A DNA stretch of 64,000 nucleotides from Pristiophorus japonicus (taxonomy: Eukaryota), in assembly GCF_044704955.1 (NCBI RefSeq), contig NW_027253510.1, positions 124,001 to 188,000 on the forward strand, given 5' to 3'. Shown one piece after another: positions 13,163 to 25,940 of the stretch; the first letter of the stretch is position 1, and the number at the start of each line of letters is the position of its first letter. The translations under genes and the position numbers were made by a program. The notes under the pieces are model-generated. The model was not told the DNA's origin. It saw only the letters and a list, made by a program, of their open reading frames with translations, and searched no databases.

Positions 13163-14030
13163 TTTACCAACGAAACTCCAGTGAATACAGACCCAGTCGA
13201 TCCAGTCTCTCCTCATATATCAGTCCCGCCATCCCGGGAATCAGTCTGGTGAACCTTCGCTGCACTCCCTCAATAGCAAGAACGTCCTTCCTCAGATTAG
13301 GAGACCAAAACTGAACACAATATTCCAGGTGGGGCCTCACCAAGGCCCTGTACAACTGCAGTAAGACTTCCCTGCTCCTATATTCAAATCCCCTAGCTAT
13401 GAAGGCCAACATGCCATTTGCCTTCTTCACTGCCTGCTGTACCTGCATGCCAACCTTCAATGACTGATGTACCATGACACCCAAGTCTTGTTGCACCTCC
13501 CCTTTACCTAATCTGCCACAATTCAGATGATATTCTGCCTTCATATTTTTTCCACCAAAGTGGATAACTTCACATTTATCCACATTGTACTGCATCTGCC
13601 ATGCATTTGCCCACTCACCTAACCTGTCCAAGTCACCCTGCAGCCTCTTAGCGTCCTCCTCACAGCTCACACCGCCACTCAGTTTAGTGTCATCTGCAAA
13701 CTTGGAGTTATTACACTCAATTTCTTCATCTAAATCATTGGTGTATATTGTAAATATCTGGGGTCCCAGCACTGAGCCCTGCGCACCCCACTAGTCACTG
13801 CCTATCATTCTGAAAAGGACCCGTTTATCCCGACTCTCTGCTTCCTGTCTGCCAACTAGTTCTCTATCCATGTCAATACATTACCCCCAATACCATGTGC
13901 TTTAATTTTGCATACCAATCTCTTGTGTGGGACCTTGACAAAAGCCTTTTGAAGGTCCAAATACACCACATCCACTGGTTCTCCCTTGTCCACTCTACTA
14001 GTTACATCCCCAAAAATTTCTAGAAGATTT
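13163..14030 (-). mobile_element. CR1 RT internal fragment
   Basis: ORFs 13164-13772 and 13856-14080 with FADD and RPHLEYCVQFWSP. Confidence 0.92.
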
Positions 14031-14513
14031 CTAAACTTGGTTGAAATACAGAAACTCCAACATGAAACATACCCAATCAAGGTTACCTTACAGAGAAATC
14101 TTCAACTGAAGAGGAGAGAGTAATAGAACATTGTACGAGGAACATGTGTTTGAAACACAGCTAATCTGTGTTTTCAGCATGAGTTGGCGGATCGTGTTTC
14201 GCAATGGTTGAGCGGTAAGTAGCTGAACCAGTGGTTCTGGGTCAGGTGACCACTCCCGGGGAGGTCAGGATAAACTCAGTCTGGATCGACAAGGTCCTGC
14301 AGCTGCCCTCAGTGTTCTGAGTTCGGTGAGAATGAGCAAGGCTCCCACTCCTTATCGTTATGTAGTGACCATACTAGAAATGCAAATGTGCAGCTAACGG
14401 AGAGGGCAGCTCTTTAACTCCTCCCACGGTCTAATCCTGCCAACACTCATCGTCAAGGCTCATGTGTGACTCATTTGGCCAAAACCCAACAGGCATCCGG
14501 CACTTGTGGAAGT

Positions 14514-14920
14514 GTATCCCACTCCTTTTATACTTCCCTCTGTGCTCTCTGGTCTCTCACTGTATCCCGCTCCTTTTGTACTTCACACTGTGCTCTGGTC
14601 TCTCACTGTATCCCGCTCCTTTTGTACTTCCCTCTGTGCTCTGGTCTCTCACTGTATCCCGCTCCTTTTGTACTTCCCTCTGTGCTCTCTGGTCTCTCAC
14701 TGTATCTCGCTCCTTTTGTACTTCCCTCTGTGCTCTCTGGTCTCTCACTGCATCCCACTCCTTTTGTACTTCCCTCTGTGCTCTCTGGTCTCTCACTGTA
14801 TCCCACTCCTTTTGTACTTCCCTCTGTGCTCTCTGGTCTCTCACTGTATCCCGCTCCTTTTGTACTTCCCTCTGTGCTCTCTGGTCTCTCACTGCATCCC
14901 ACTCCTTTTGTACTTCTCTC
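14514..14920. repeat. 48-bp minisatellite (~8.5 copies)
   Basis: Unit tccttttgtacttccctctgtgctctctggtctctcactgtatcccgc. Confidence 0.9.
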
Positions 14921-17900
14921 TCTAATGTTGATATGTCCTTACTATTCAGTATAAATGCACACAAGGCCCATACTTGAGAGAAGGTCACTCTGTGACCAGT
15001 AATCTTTATTAGCCAGCACTCATGACGAAGGTGGGTGGAGCTTCCCTTTTTATTCCTGGAAGTCCAGGTTAGGAGTGTCTCCCACAAGTTCACCACCTAG
15101 TGGTCAGTGTTCACATGGTGTAGAACTTAGGTCAGTTTATACATGGGTTACAATGACAGTTGAATACATGACATCACCTCTCCCCCAAAGTCTTATTGGG
15201 ATCACAGGTTAAGTCTCTCTGGTGGTTTATGCTCCCTTATAGAGCGCCTGAGTTGGGGCTCCGGTTGTTGGGCGCTGGCCTGAGTGTCTGCTGTTTGCGG
15301 TGCCTCAGGCCTGTCCGGACTGCCCACAGTGACTGGGCTCTCCTCCACTTGGTTCCGATGTTCAGTCACCTGTGGTGGAGTGAACTCTACATCGTGTTCT
15401 TCCTCTGCTTCTTCTATGGGGTTGCTGAATCTCCTTTTTGTTTGATCCATGTGTTTGCAGCAGATTTGTCAATTGGTAAGTTTAACGAATAGAATCCTAT
15501 TCCCCTCCTTGGCAACCACAGTGCCTGTTAGCCATTTAGGCCCTTCAGCGCAGTTGAGGACAAAGATAGTGTCATTGACATCAATACATCGTGCCCTCGC
15601 ATTTCTGCCATGGTAGTCACATTGTGACTGGCGCCTGCTCTCACCAATTTCTTTCATGGTGGGGTGTATAAGGGATAACCTGGTTTTGAGCGTCCTTTTC
15701 ATTAGCAGCTCTGTGGGTGGGACCCGTGTTAGTGAGTGTGTCGGGATCTATTGGCCAACAGGAGGCGTGATAAGCGGCTTTGTAGGGAACCCCCTTGCAT
15801 TCTGAGCATCCCCTGTTTGATTATCTGCACTGCTCGTTCCGCCTGGCCATTTGAGGCCGGCTTGAACGGTGCCGTTCTGACATGGTTGATACCATTTCCT
15901 GCCATGAAGTCCTGGAATTCAATGCTTATAAAGCACGGGCCATTGTCGCTGACCAAGACGTCTGGTAGACCATGGGCGGCGAACATTGCCCGTAGACTTT
16001 CTACCGTGGCAGAGGATGTGCTTGAATTGAAAATGTCACACTCGATCCATTTGGAGTAGGCATCTACTACAACCAAAAACATTTTTCCCATGAAAGGACT
16101 TGCGTAGTCCACATGGATGCGTGACCTTGGCTTGGCGGGCCAGGGCCAGGAGCTAAGGGGGGCTTCCCTGGGTGCATTGCCCAGCTGGGCACACGTGTTG
16201 CACCTGCGAACACAAAGTTCCAGATCTGCATCTATCCCTGGCCACCAAACGTATGACCTGGCAATTGCCTTCATCATGACAATGCCCGGGTGCTCATTGT
16301 GGAGTTCTCTGATGAACATCTCTCTGCCCATCTGGGGCATGACTACTCGGTTACCCCATAGTAGGCAATCGGCCTGAATCGAGAGTTCATCCTTGCGCCT
16401 GTGAAATGGTTTGAATTCCTCAGGGCATGCCCCGTACATGGCTGCCCTGTCCCCATTCAGGACACATTTCTTAACTAAAGAAATGTAGCGGGTCTCTGTT
16501 TGTCCAGACTTTGATCTGACAGGCTGTCACGGGTGAGCCTTCGCTTTCGAAAGCTTCAACAGCCATGACCATCTCAGCAGCATGCTCGGTTTCCCCCTCA
16601 GTGGTGGCTAGTGGGAGCCTGCTGAGTGCACCGACGCAGTTTTCAGTGCCCGGTCTGTGCCGAATTGTGTAGTCATAGGCGGCTAACATGAGTGCCCACC
16701 TTCGTATGCAGGCCGACGCATTTGCATTTATGGCCTTGTTGTCAGCCAAAAGGGACATTGGGGTTTTGTGATCTGTTTCCAGCTCAAATTTCCTGCCAAA
16801 CAAGTACTGGTGCATTTTTTTTACTGCATATACACATGCAAGGGCTTCCTTTTCTACCATCCCGTAGCCCCGTTCTGCCTGGGACAGACTTCTGGAGGTA
16901 TAAGCTACCGGCTGTAACTGACCCTTGGCATTGACATGCTGCAACACACACCCGACCCCATAGGACGACGCATCACACGTTAAAACAAGTTTCTTACTTG
17001 GGTCATATAGCATGAGCACATTGTTGGAGCATAACAAATTGCGTGCTCTATCAAAAGCCCTTTCCTGGCTGTCCCCCCAGACCCATTCGCAACCTTTGCG
17101 TAGGAGCACATGTAGCGGCTCTAACAGCGTGCTCAATTTGTGAAGAAAGTTACCAAAATAGTTCAGGATCCCCAGGAACGAACGCAGCTCCATCGTGTTG
17201 CGCTGTCTAGGTGCTCTCTGGATCGCTTCCATTTTGGACGCAGTAGGTCTGATCCCGTCTGCTGCTACCCTCATCCCCAGGAATTCTACCTCTGGAGCTA
17301 GGAAGATGCACTTTGCCTTTTTCAGTCGCAGCCCTACCTGGTCCAGTCTGCATAGCATCTCCTCCAGGTTGTGGAGGTGCTCTTCAGTATCGTGACCCGT
17401 GATGAGGATGTCGTCTTGAAAAACCACCGTCCTTGGAATCGACTTGAGGAGGCTTTCCATATTCGGCGGCCGAGTGAATCCCGAACGGACATCTGTTGTA
17501 CTCAAGCAATCCCTTGTGTGTCGTGATGGTGGTCAACTTCTTTGACTCACTTGCCAGCTCCTGGGTCATGTAAGATGAGGTCAGGTCCAATTTTGAAAAA
17601 AGTTTGCCACCTGATAGCGTCGCAAAGAGGTTCTCCGCTCTCGGTAGCGGGTACTGGTCTTGGAGTGACACCCGATTGATGGTGGCCTTGTAATCGCCAC
17701 ATATCCTGACCGACCCATCCGCCTTGAGCACTGGCATGATCGGGCTCGCCCAGTCACTGAATTCGACTGGCGAGATGATGCCTTCCCTCAGCAGGCGGTT
17801 CAATTCTCATTCTATCTTTTCCTGCATCACGTACGGCACCGCTTTGGACTTGTGGTGTACTGGCCTGGCGTCCGGATTTATGTGAATCACTACCTTGGCC

Positions 17901-18995
17901 CCCATGAAAGTGCCAATGCCGGGTTGAAATAATGAGTCAAATTTGTCCAGGACTTGTGAGCATGATACTCGCTCCACAGAAGAAATTGCATTGACATCGC
18001 CCCATTTCCAGTTCATGACAGCAAGCCAACTCCTCCCCAGTAGTGCTGGACCATCCCCCGGGACAATCCAGAGTGGCAATCTGTTCTCCGAATCTTTGTG
18101 GGTCACGACGACCGTGGCGCTGCCTAGCACCGGAATGATCTCCTTTGTATATGTCCGTAGCTGTGTGTCAATCGGCAATAATTTTGGCCTCCTGGCCTTC
18201 GACGCCCACAACTTGTTGAACTGTTTGATTCTCATCAGGGGCTGGCTGGCCCCCGTGCTTAGCTCCATTGATACTGGGATGTCATTGAGGAGCACTTTCA
18301 TAATTATCGGTGGCGTCCTGGTGTATGAACTGTATATGTGCTCCACATGAACTCGCTGAACTTCAGCTTCCAGCGATTTCCCCCAGTGTTCATTTGGCCT
18401 CGTAGAGCTGACATCGGGCCCGTCCTTCTCGTACATCAACCTGGCTGCAGGCTTCCTGCACATACGTGCCAAGTGACCGCTCACGTTGCAATTTCTGCAG
18501 GTATATTGCTGATACCTGCAAGCTCTGGCTGGGTGTTTGCCTCCACACCTCCAACATGAGCTGTTGTTGGAAACAAAAGGTCCATTACCAGTCGATTGTC
18601 TCTGACTGTCTCTGTAACTGCTCTTAAGCGCACTATTGACAGGTGTTGATGGCCCCATTACTGGCCGCATTGTCCCTTGCGATGGCATGAATCGCCGTTC
18701 AGCTAGCCATTGTCTCTGTTGAATTCCCCCTTTGGGTTCGACTACCTGCTCGGGCATGTCCGATTGCCCCTGACTGCCTGGAGAACTGTGTGCCACGTTA
18801 ACAATGTTGACTTCCTATCCATTTGCTGCATTTCAGCCAAGATTTTTCTAAATATCATTCTGATCTCTTCCTCTCCTGAGAGAAACGTCTGGGCCATCAA
18901 AGCCGCCTTTTCCAGGGTCAAGTCTTTGGTCTCAATCAGTTTCCTGAAAACCCCTGTGTGCCCAATGCCCTCAATAAAAAAGTCTCGCAGCATCT

Positions 18996-21260
18996 TTTGA
19001 TGAAGAAGTAGTGTGAGGAAGTAGTGTCTCAAACGAGCGTACTATGCTTAAACAAAGGGGACGACAGTGGGATGAGGACAGAGTTGGCTAAAGTAGACTG
19101 GAAACACAGACTAAACGGTGGCACAATTGAGGAACAGTGGAGGACTTTTAAGGAGCTCTTTCATAGTGCTCAACAAAAATATATTCCAGTGAAAAAGAAG
19201 GATGATAAGAGAAGGGATAACCAGCCGTGGATAACCAAGGAAATAAAGGAGAGTATCAAATTAAAAACCAATGCGTATAAGGTGGCCAAGGTTAATGGGA
19301 AACTAGAAGATTGGGAACATTTTAAACGACAGCAAAGAATGACTAAGAAAGCAATAAAGAAAGGAAAGATAGATTACGAAAGTAAACTTGTGCAAAACAT
19401 AAAAACAGATCGTAAAAGCTTTTACAGATATATAAAACGGAAAAGAGTGACTAAAGTAAATGTTGGTCCCTTAGAAGATGAGAAGGGGATTTAATAATGG
19501 GAAATGTGGAAATGGCTGAGACCTTAAACAATTATTTTGCTTCAGTCTTCACAGTGGAAGACACAAAAACCATGCCAAAAATTGCTGGTCATGGGAATGT
19601 GGGAAGGGAGGACCTTGAGACAATAACTGTCACTTGGGGGGTAGTGCTGAACAGGCTAATGGGACTCAAGGTAGACAAGTCCCCTGGTCCTGATGAAATG
19701 CATCCCAGGGTATTAAAAGAGATGGTGGAATTATAGCAGATGCATTCGTTATAATCTACCAAAATTCTCTGGACTCTGGGGAGGTACCAGCGGATTGGAA
19801 AGCAGCTAATGTAACGCCTCTGTTTAAAAAAGGGGGCAGACAAAAGGCAGGTAACTATAGGCCAGTTAGTTTAACATCTGTAGTGGAGAAAATGCTTGAA
19901 GCTATCATTAAAGAAGAAATAGCAGGACATCTAGATAGGAATAGTGCAATCAAGCAGACACAACATGGATTCATGAAGGGGAAATCATGTGTAACTAATT
20001 TACTAGAATTCTTTGAGGATGTAACGAGCATGGTGGATAGAGGTGTACCGATGGATGTGGTGTATTTAGATTTCCAAAAGGCATTCGATAAGGTGCCACA
20101 CAAAAGGTTACTGCAGAAGATAAAGGTACGCGGAGTCAGAGGAAATGTATTAGCATGGATAGAGAATTGGCTGGCAAACAGAAAGCAGTGAGTTGGGATA
20201 AATGGGTCCTTTTTGGGTTGGAAATCGGTGGTTAGTGGTGTGCCACAGGGATCGGTGCTGGGACCACAACTGTTTATAATATACATAGATGACCTGGAAG
20301 AGGGGACAGAGTGTAGTGTAACAAAATTTGCAGATGACACAAAGATTAATGGGAAAGTGGGTTGTGTCGAGGATACAGAGAGGCTGCCAAGAGATTTAGA
20401 TAAGTTAAGCGAATGGGCTAAAGTATGGCAGATGGAATACAATATCGGAAAATGTGAGGTCATCCACCTTGGGAAAAAAAACAGTAAAAGGGAATATTAT
20501 TTGAATGGTGAGAAATTACAACATGCTGTGGTGCAGAGGGATCTGGGGGTCCTTGTGCAGGAATCCCAAAAAGTTAGTTTGCAGGTGCAGCAGGTAATCA
20601 GGAAGGCGAATGGAATGTTGGCCTTCATTGCGAGAGGGATGGAGTACAAAAGCAGGGAGGTCCTGCTGCAACTGTACAGGGTATTGGTAAGGCCGCACCT
20701 GGAGTACTGCGTGCAGTTTTGGTCACCTTACTTAAGGAAGGATATACTAGCTTTGGAAGGGGTACAGAGACGATTCACTAGACTGATTCCGGAGATGAGG
20801 GGGTTACCTTATGATAATAGATTGAGTAGACTGGGTCTTTACTCGTTGGAGCTCAGAAGGATGAGGGGTGATCTTTTCGAAACATTTAAAATAATGAAGC
20901 GGATAGACAGGATAGAGGCAGAGAGGTTGTTTCCACTGGTCGGGGAGACTAGAACTAGGAGGCACAGCCTCAAAATACGGGGTAGCCAATTTAAAACCGA
21001 GTTGAGAAGGAATTTCTTCTCCCAAGGGTTGTGAATCTGTGGAATTCTCTGCCCAAGGAAGCAGTTGAGGCTAGCTCATTGAATGTATTCAAGTCACAGA
21101 TAGATAGATTTTTAACCAATAAGGGAATTAAAGGTTATGGGGAGCGGGTGGATAAGTGGAGCTGAGTCCACGGCCAGATCAGCCATGATCTTGTTGGATG
21201 GTGGAGCAGGCTCGAGGGGCTAGATGGCCTACTCCTGTTCCTAATTCTTATGTTCTTATT
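18996..21260 (+). mobile_element. 5'-truncated CR1 (subfamily B) inserted in Gypsy gag
   Basis: ORFs 19024-21034 closely match the 5565-9330 copy; tail ctaattcttatgttcttat. Confidence 0.93.
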
Positions 21261-21261
21261 A

Positions 21262-21589
21262 ATATTGGGGAGGTTTGGAACCAGGGGTCACAGTCTGGGG
21301 ATAAGGGGTGGGCCATTTAGGACCGAGATGAGGAGAACCTTGTTCACCCGGAGAGTGGTGAACCTGTAGAATTCTCTACCACAGAGAGTTGTTGGGGCCA
21401 ATTCATTGGATATATTCAAAAAGGAGTTAGATGTAGTCATTACTACTGGGGGGATCGGTGGATATGGGGAGAAAACAGGAATGGGGTACTGAAGTTGCAT
21501 GTTCAGCCATGAACTCATTGAATGGCGGTGCAGGCTCGAAGGGTCGAATGGCCTACTCCTGCACCTATTTTCTATGTTTCTATGTTTCT
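21262..21589 (+). mobile_element. Short CR1 (subfamily A) 3' end abutting the previous copy
   Basis: 3' UTR ggggtactgaagttgcatgttcagcc... with (tttctatg)n tail, as in the 25941-30110 copy. Confidence 0.88.
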
Positions 21590-22249
21590 ATCTCCGCTCT
21601 GCATGCATTTGGGAACTTACTTCGGCTCGCCAGTCACCGGAGGTCTGCCACGAAGTCTGGAACACTATGCCCTTCTCGTTGCCGGTGCGTGTAAAACCGG
21701 TGTCTCGCCATGTGCATGCTGCTCGCCGGCTTAAAGTGTTCCCTGATCAACTTACTGAGCTCTTGAAAAGTCTTGTCTGCCGGCTTCTCTGGCGCTAGGA
21801 TGTACTTCATCAGGGAATACGTCCTGGATCCACAAACCGTCAGGAGATGAGCCCTGCGTTTGTCGGCCGACTCCTGTCCCAACCATTCCTTAGTGACGAA
21901 ACTTTGCTGTAGTCTCTCAATAATGTCGTCCCAATCATCACCAACACAGTACCTCTCTTCTGTGCTGCTCGTGACCATGCTCGCGTGGTTTAAATCCCAG
22001 TTTCTCGTCGCCAATGATATGCCCTTATTATACAGTATAAATACACACGAGGCCCATACTTGAGAGAGGGTCACTCTGTGACCAGTAACCTTTATTAGCC
22101 AGCACTCAAGTGATGAAGGTGGGTGGAGTTTCCCCTTTTATACCTGGAAGTCCAGATTCGGAGTGTCTCCCACAAGTTCACCACCTAGTGGTCAATGTTC
22201 TCACGGTGTATACATGGGTTACAATGACAGTTGAACACATGACAAATGT

Positions 22250-23820
22250 AACGTGAAATTCTGTCGTATTATGATCACTCTGCCCCACAGGATCCTTTAC
22301 GATGAGATTGCTAATTAACCCTGTCTCATTGCACAATACAAGATCTAAAGTAACCTGTTCCCTGGTTGGTTCCATGACGTATTGTTCTAGGAAAGTGTCC
22401 CGAATGCATTCCATGAACTCATCCTCCAGACTACCTTCACCAATTTGATTTATCCAGTCTATATGAAGATTAAAGTCCTCCACGATTATTGCATTACCTT
22501 TGTTACAAGTTCATACTATTCTTGATTAATATTCTGTCCAACAGTATAGCTAGTGTTAGGGGGCCTATATACTACTCCCACCAGTGTTTTCTGCCCCTTG
22601 TTATTCCTTACCTTCACCCAGACTGATTCTACTTCCTGATCGTCTGACCCAAAATCCTGTGGCATCGAAACTTCCCCTTCCCTTAAGGCCTGTTACCGCT
22701 GGAAATCAGCGGCCACACTGCGGTATCCCGGCGGTGACCCGCTCCCCACCCAGCGTTCTGCTGCTGCCGACCCGTCCTAAGCCCGATCTTCCCACCTCCC
22801 CGTGGGTGAAATTCAGCCGGAAATATCTTGCTCCCGCTGCGCGGTGCCAAAAGCTGCTTTTTTCTGCTGGTGCAGTGAGGCTGTAGTCCTTGTAAAATGG
22901 TGGTGTGTCTCCCATTAAAGGGGAGGACCCACTGCCGCTGCCACCATGCTTTTTTTCTGTCAGCCGACTGCCATGTCAGGCCGACAATTATGTCCCGGGT
23001 TCGGCCGGGCCACCAACAGGCAGCCTGGCACGCACTCCTTCTTGGGTGCCAGGCCGCTGGCCCGGCCGAAACCCTCCTGGTGGCCCAGTGGACTGAACTT
23101 AAAGAATCGCAGCGGCCCTCCCCTTTACCTGAAGGTGGGAGCCGAGGTGATGTGGCACCGTGATGACGTTATCTGCGTCACGCTGATGACTGACAGCGCC
23201 GGTTACTCTGCCCGCCCCCAACTTCCACTCCTCAAGTCCGAACTTCCGCTCATTGCCGCATAACCCTCATTATTACCGACTTCTTGTCCGCCGGAAAAAC
23301 ACAAAAACATTGAATTTTGCTCGAGGCCACCGCATTCACTTCGCCGGTAAATACAAGAGAAGCAGGGCAGGTGTGCCCCGTTTCCAGCAGTGGGTATTTT
23401 AGTCCCTTTCTCTCTTGTGTCCTTATATCATCCTTTATTATCAGGGTTACCCCCACTCCTTTACCATTCAGCCTGTCTTTTCAAAACGTCAAGTACCCTG
23501 GGTCATTTAGTTCCCAACCTCGGTCACCTTGCAACCATGTCTCTGTAATGGCTATTAGATCAAACCCATTTATCTCTATTTGTGCCACTCCTTCATTTAT
23601 CTTATTATGAATGCTCCATGCATTCAGATAAAGAGCCTTTAATGTAATTTTTTACCGTTGTTCCCTACTTTGACCTTAAACTCTGTCCTTTCCTGTCACA
23701 CTCTGCTTATTTTTACCCAAATCGTTACACTGCTCTATTGCATCTTTCTCTTTGGATCTCTAAATTTCCCCTCACATGACTCCTGCCCCCACTCCCCGCC
23801 ATTTTTTAGTTTAGTTTGAA
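22250..23820 (-). mobile_element. Old CR1 APE fragment interrupted by a GC-rich insert (~22650-23390)
   Basis: DFNLHIDW..LDLVLCNE..SDHN (22250-22483) and GVTLIIKDDIR (~23456) on either side of an unrelated GC-rich block. Confidence 0.7.
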
Positions 23821-24358
23821 GCCCTATTTACAGCCACTTGTGGAGGAAGTTAAAGCAAACCCAGAACAATACTTTCAGATATAACCAGGGCAGGAGGGCA
23901 CAGTCAGGATTGTAAAGGCCAAGTTCAGGACTCAGTTATTTGAAGACGGTGATCAAAAGCTGGAACAGGTTCCCAGGCGAGGCCAGAACACGGGACAGGT
24001 TTACAAACCGCTGGACGCTGCAATGGGACGATGGTAGTATTGGAATTCTGGAAGGATGAGATGAAGTGGACTGAGATGCTTCTGTATCTGAACCCACATC
24101 AGAATCTTGTGTTGGGTATCGCACAATATTACTAAAACTGGCAGCTTTTTACCTGATTTTCTGATCCTTGTTGTACCAACCTCCGTGGTAAAGGCAGCAA
24201 AGAACATATCCACAGCAGGAGTTCTGAGTTCAGTTGCAGTGTGTGTGTTTTTGGGCTGCCTGTTCACACTGGGATTGTTGGTCAGTACAGGGCAATGTGG
24301 GACAGCTAAGCTCAGGATATGTTTGAACAACTCGGCTACAAATTACTGATGATACACA

Positions 24359-24966
24359 TTGGGGCAGATATCCCGGCCTCCCTGAGTCTGTACGGAGTGT
24401 GTACGGACCGGGGAAGGCATCACAAAAGCAGGTTTTCGGTGTGCAATGCGCATGTGCAGAAAACCAGCTTTGAAACATACAAAAACATGTAACAATAACA
24501 TTTCAAAAGCACATTTTAATGTTAAAAACACTGTCCACTAAGGGAAGTTTATTTTAAACCATAATGAAAAATCTTTTAAAAAAAAGTTTGAAAAATAATA
24601 TTTTTTTCGAAGACATTTATTAACTTTAATTTAAATTAATCTTAAATATGTGATGTGTTTTTTCTATTTTTTACTTGTGTTTGGATGTTGGGGGGGAGTG
24701 TTTCTCAATCATAATGAGAACTCCTACTGACCGAGTTCCCATTATTATGAATGAGAAAATACTTGACCTGGATTGGCTGCCCAGTGTCATGTCACTCCAG
24801 CTCCAACATACATCCGTCCTGACAGACACACGCTCCGATGTGCAGGGAGAGTAGGCCTCAGGACCGGGATCTCTGGTGGGCGCAGCAGGAAAAGGTCGGT
24901 GCACATCTTTTTTACCATTTTCTGTCGAGCGCCCGCAGGAAACAGAGGAGTGGGATTTCAGACCAA
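24359..24966. mobile_element. Possible MITE-like non-autonomous element
   Basis: Imperfect inverted termini ttggggcagatatccc ... gggatttcagaccaa, AT-rich core, no coding capacity. Confidence 0.35.
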
Positions 24967-25072
24967 TATCCATTCGCAAACACACAGGAGATTTTATAAT
25001 CACTTCGGTTTCAACTTATTACTTCATGTTGTTCCTCATCTGTTCTGATCCTCAGTTATTTACTATTCACAG

Positions 25073-25426
25073 GTCGAAAGACAAGTCCGGTTCTTATCCA
25101 GTCCCCAGAAGTTGTGACGGTGCCCGAGGGTGGGACGGTGCAGTTTGGGTGTACCCTGGAGAGCAGCAATGTGAATGACCGTGTGGATAAATATACTGTA
25201 CACTGGTACCTCTCACAGGATAGGAAACACATAATATTTTCTCATTATGTAGGTGGCAGGATTTACCGATCACAAGGTGTCTCTGAGCGGTTTCAGCTTT
25301 CCAGAGATGATGCCAGTAACAGCTACATTCTGACCATCAGAGGCGTGGAGCGCAGAGACAGCGCGGTCTATATCTGTGGTATTTGGGGATCAATCTATGG
25401 AAATGGAAACCGGCTGACTGTAACCA
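25073..25426 (+). CDS. Exon V1 of a non-rearranging multi-VJ Ig-superfamily receptor
   Basis: Acceptor tactattcacAG (ends 25072), donor A|GTAAGT (25427), phase 1/1; encodes PVLIQSPEVVTVPEGGTVQFGC...VHWY...RFQLSRDDASNSYILTIRGVERRDSAVYICGIWGSIYGNGNRLTVT with canonical Cys-Trp-Cys, DxAxYxC and GxG J motif. Confidence 0.92.
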
Positions 25427-25940
25427 GTAAGTATATTCTACATTATATTGGTTTGATATCTAATAATGTTACAATACCAACATCTCATGTGTAAGTAAAT
25501 GTTGTACAACGTTGTCACTTTTACAGTAACAACACTGAGTGGAAGTTCTAAGTACAGAATGGAGGGTGAAATCTGGGACAAACTCCATTTGTTTTTAATT
25601 TGTTTAAGTGAGCACATGGTGGGACAAAACCTCACACACAGGATTCAACGGGAAAATACATGTTGAGGGAAAAGTGCAGTAATAGGAATAATGGTGACAT
25701 ACCTGGTTAAATCAGGATATTGACAGGGTATATATATAAAACAATGCATCTCTGAGTGACTAAATCTGCACTCATCAATGCAAACAAATGAGCCCTCGAC
25801 CCTTTCCAAGCTGCAATAAACCATCCTTCAGCCTGTTAATGTAATTCAGGAATGTGCAATCCGCTTTCAGAATGGCTGGGCGGCAAAGTAATGCATCTCG
25901 TTTTGGAGTTGAAAGCCAGAAAATATTTAATAATAGAGTC

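Larger units (their letters stand above)
14929..22244 (-). mobile_element. Full-length degenerate Gypsy LTR retrotransposon with nested CR1 insertion in gag
   Basis: LTRs 14929-15173 and 22015-22244; 5-bp TSD AATGT (14924-14928 / 22245-22249); PBS TGGCGACGAG next to the 5' LTR; gag 21634-21980 and 17807-19000 (CWRCGGKHPARAC knuckle), protease, RT (VFQDDILI), RNase H, integrase 15729-16439. Confidence 0.95.

Noticed and set aside
14178-14214. Exon-like segment (ttttcAG...GCG|GTAAGT) as the receptor leader
   Set aside because: The ATG frame stops after 10 codons, no frame is hydrophobic, and the region looks like a decayed SINE.
14462-15096. Hydrophobic repetitive ORFs
   Set aside because: Artefact of the 48-bp minisatellite.
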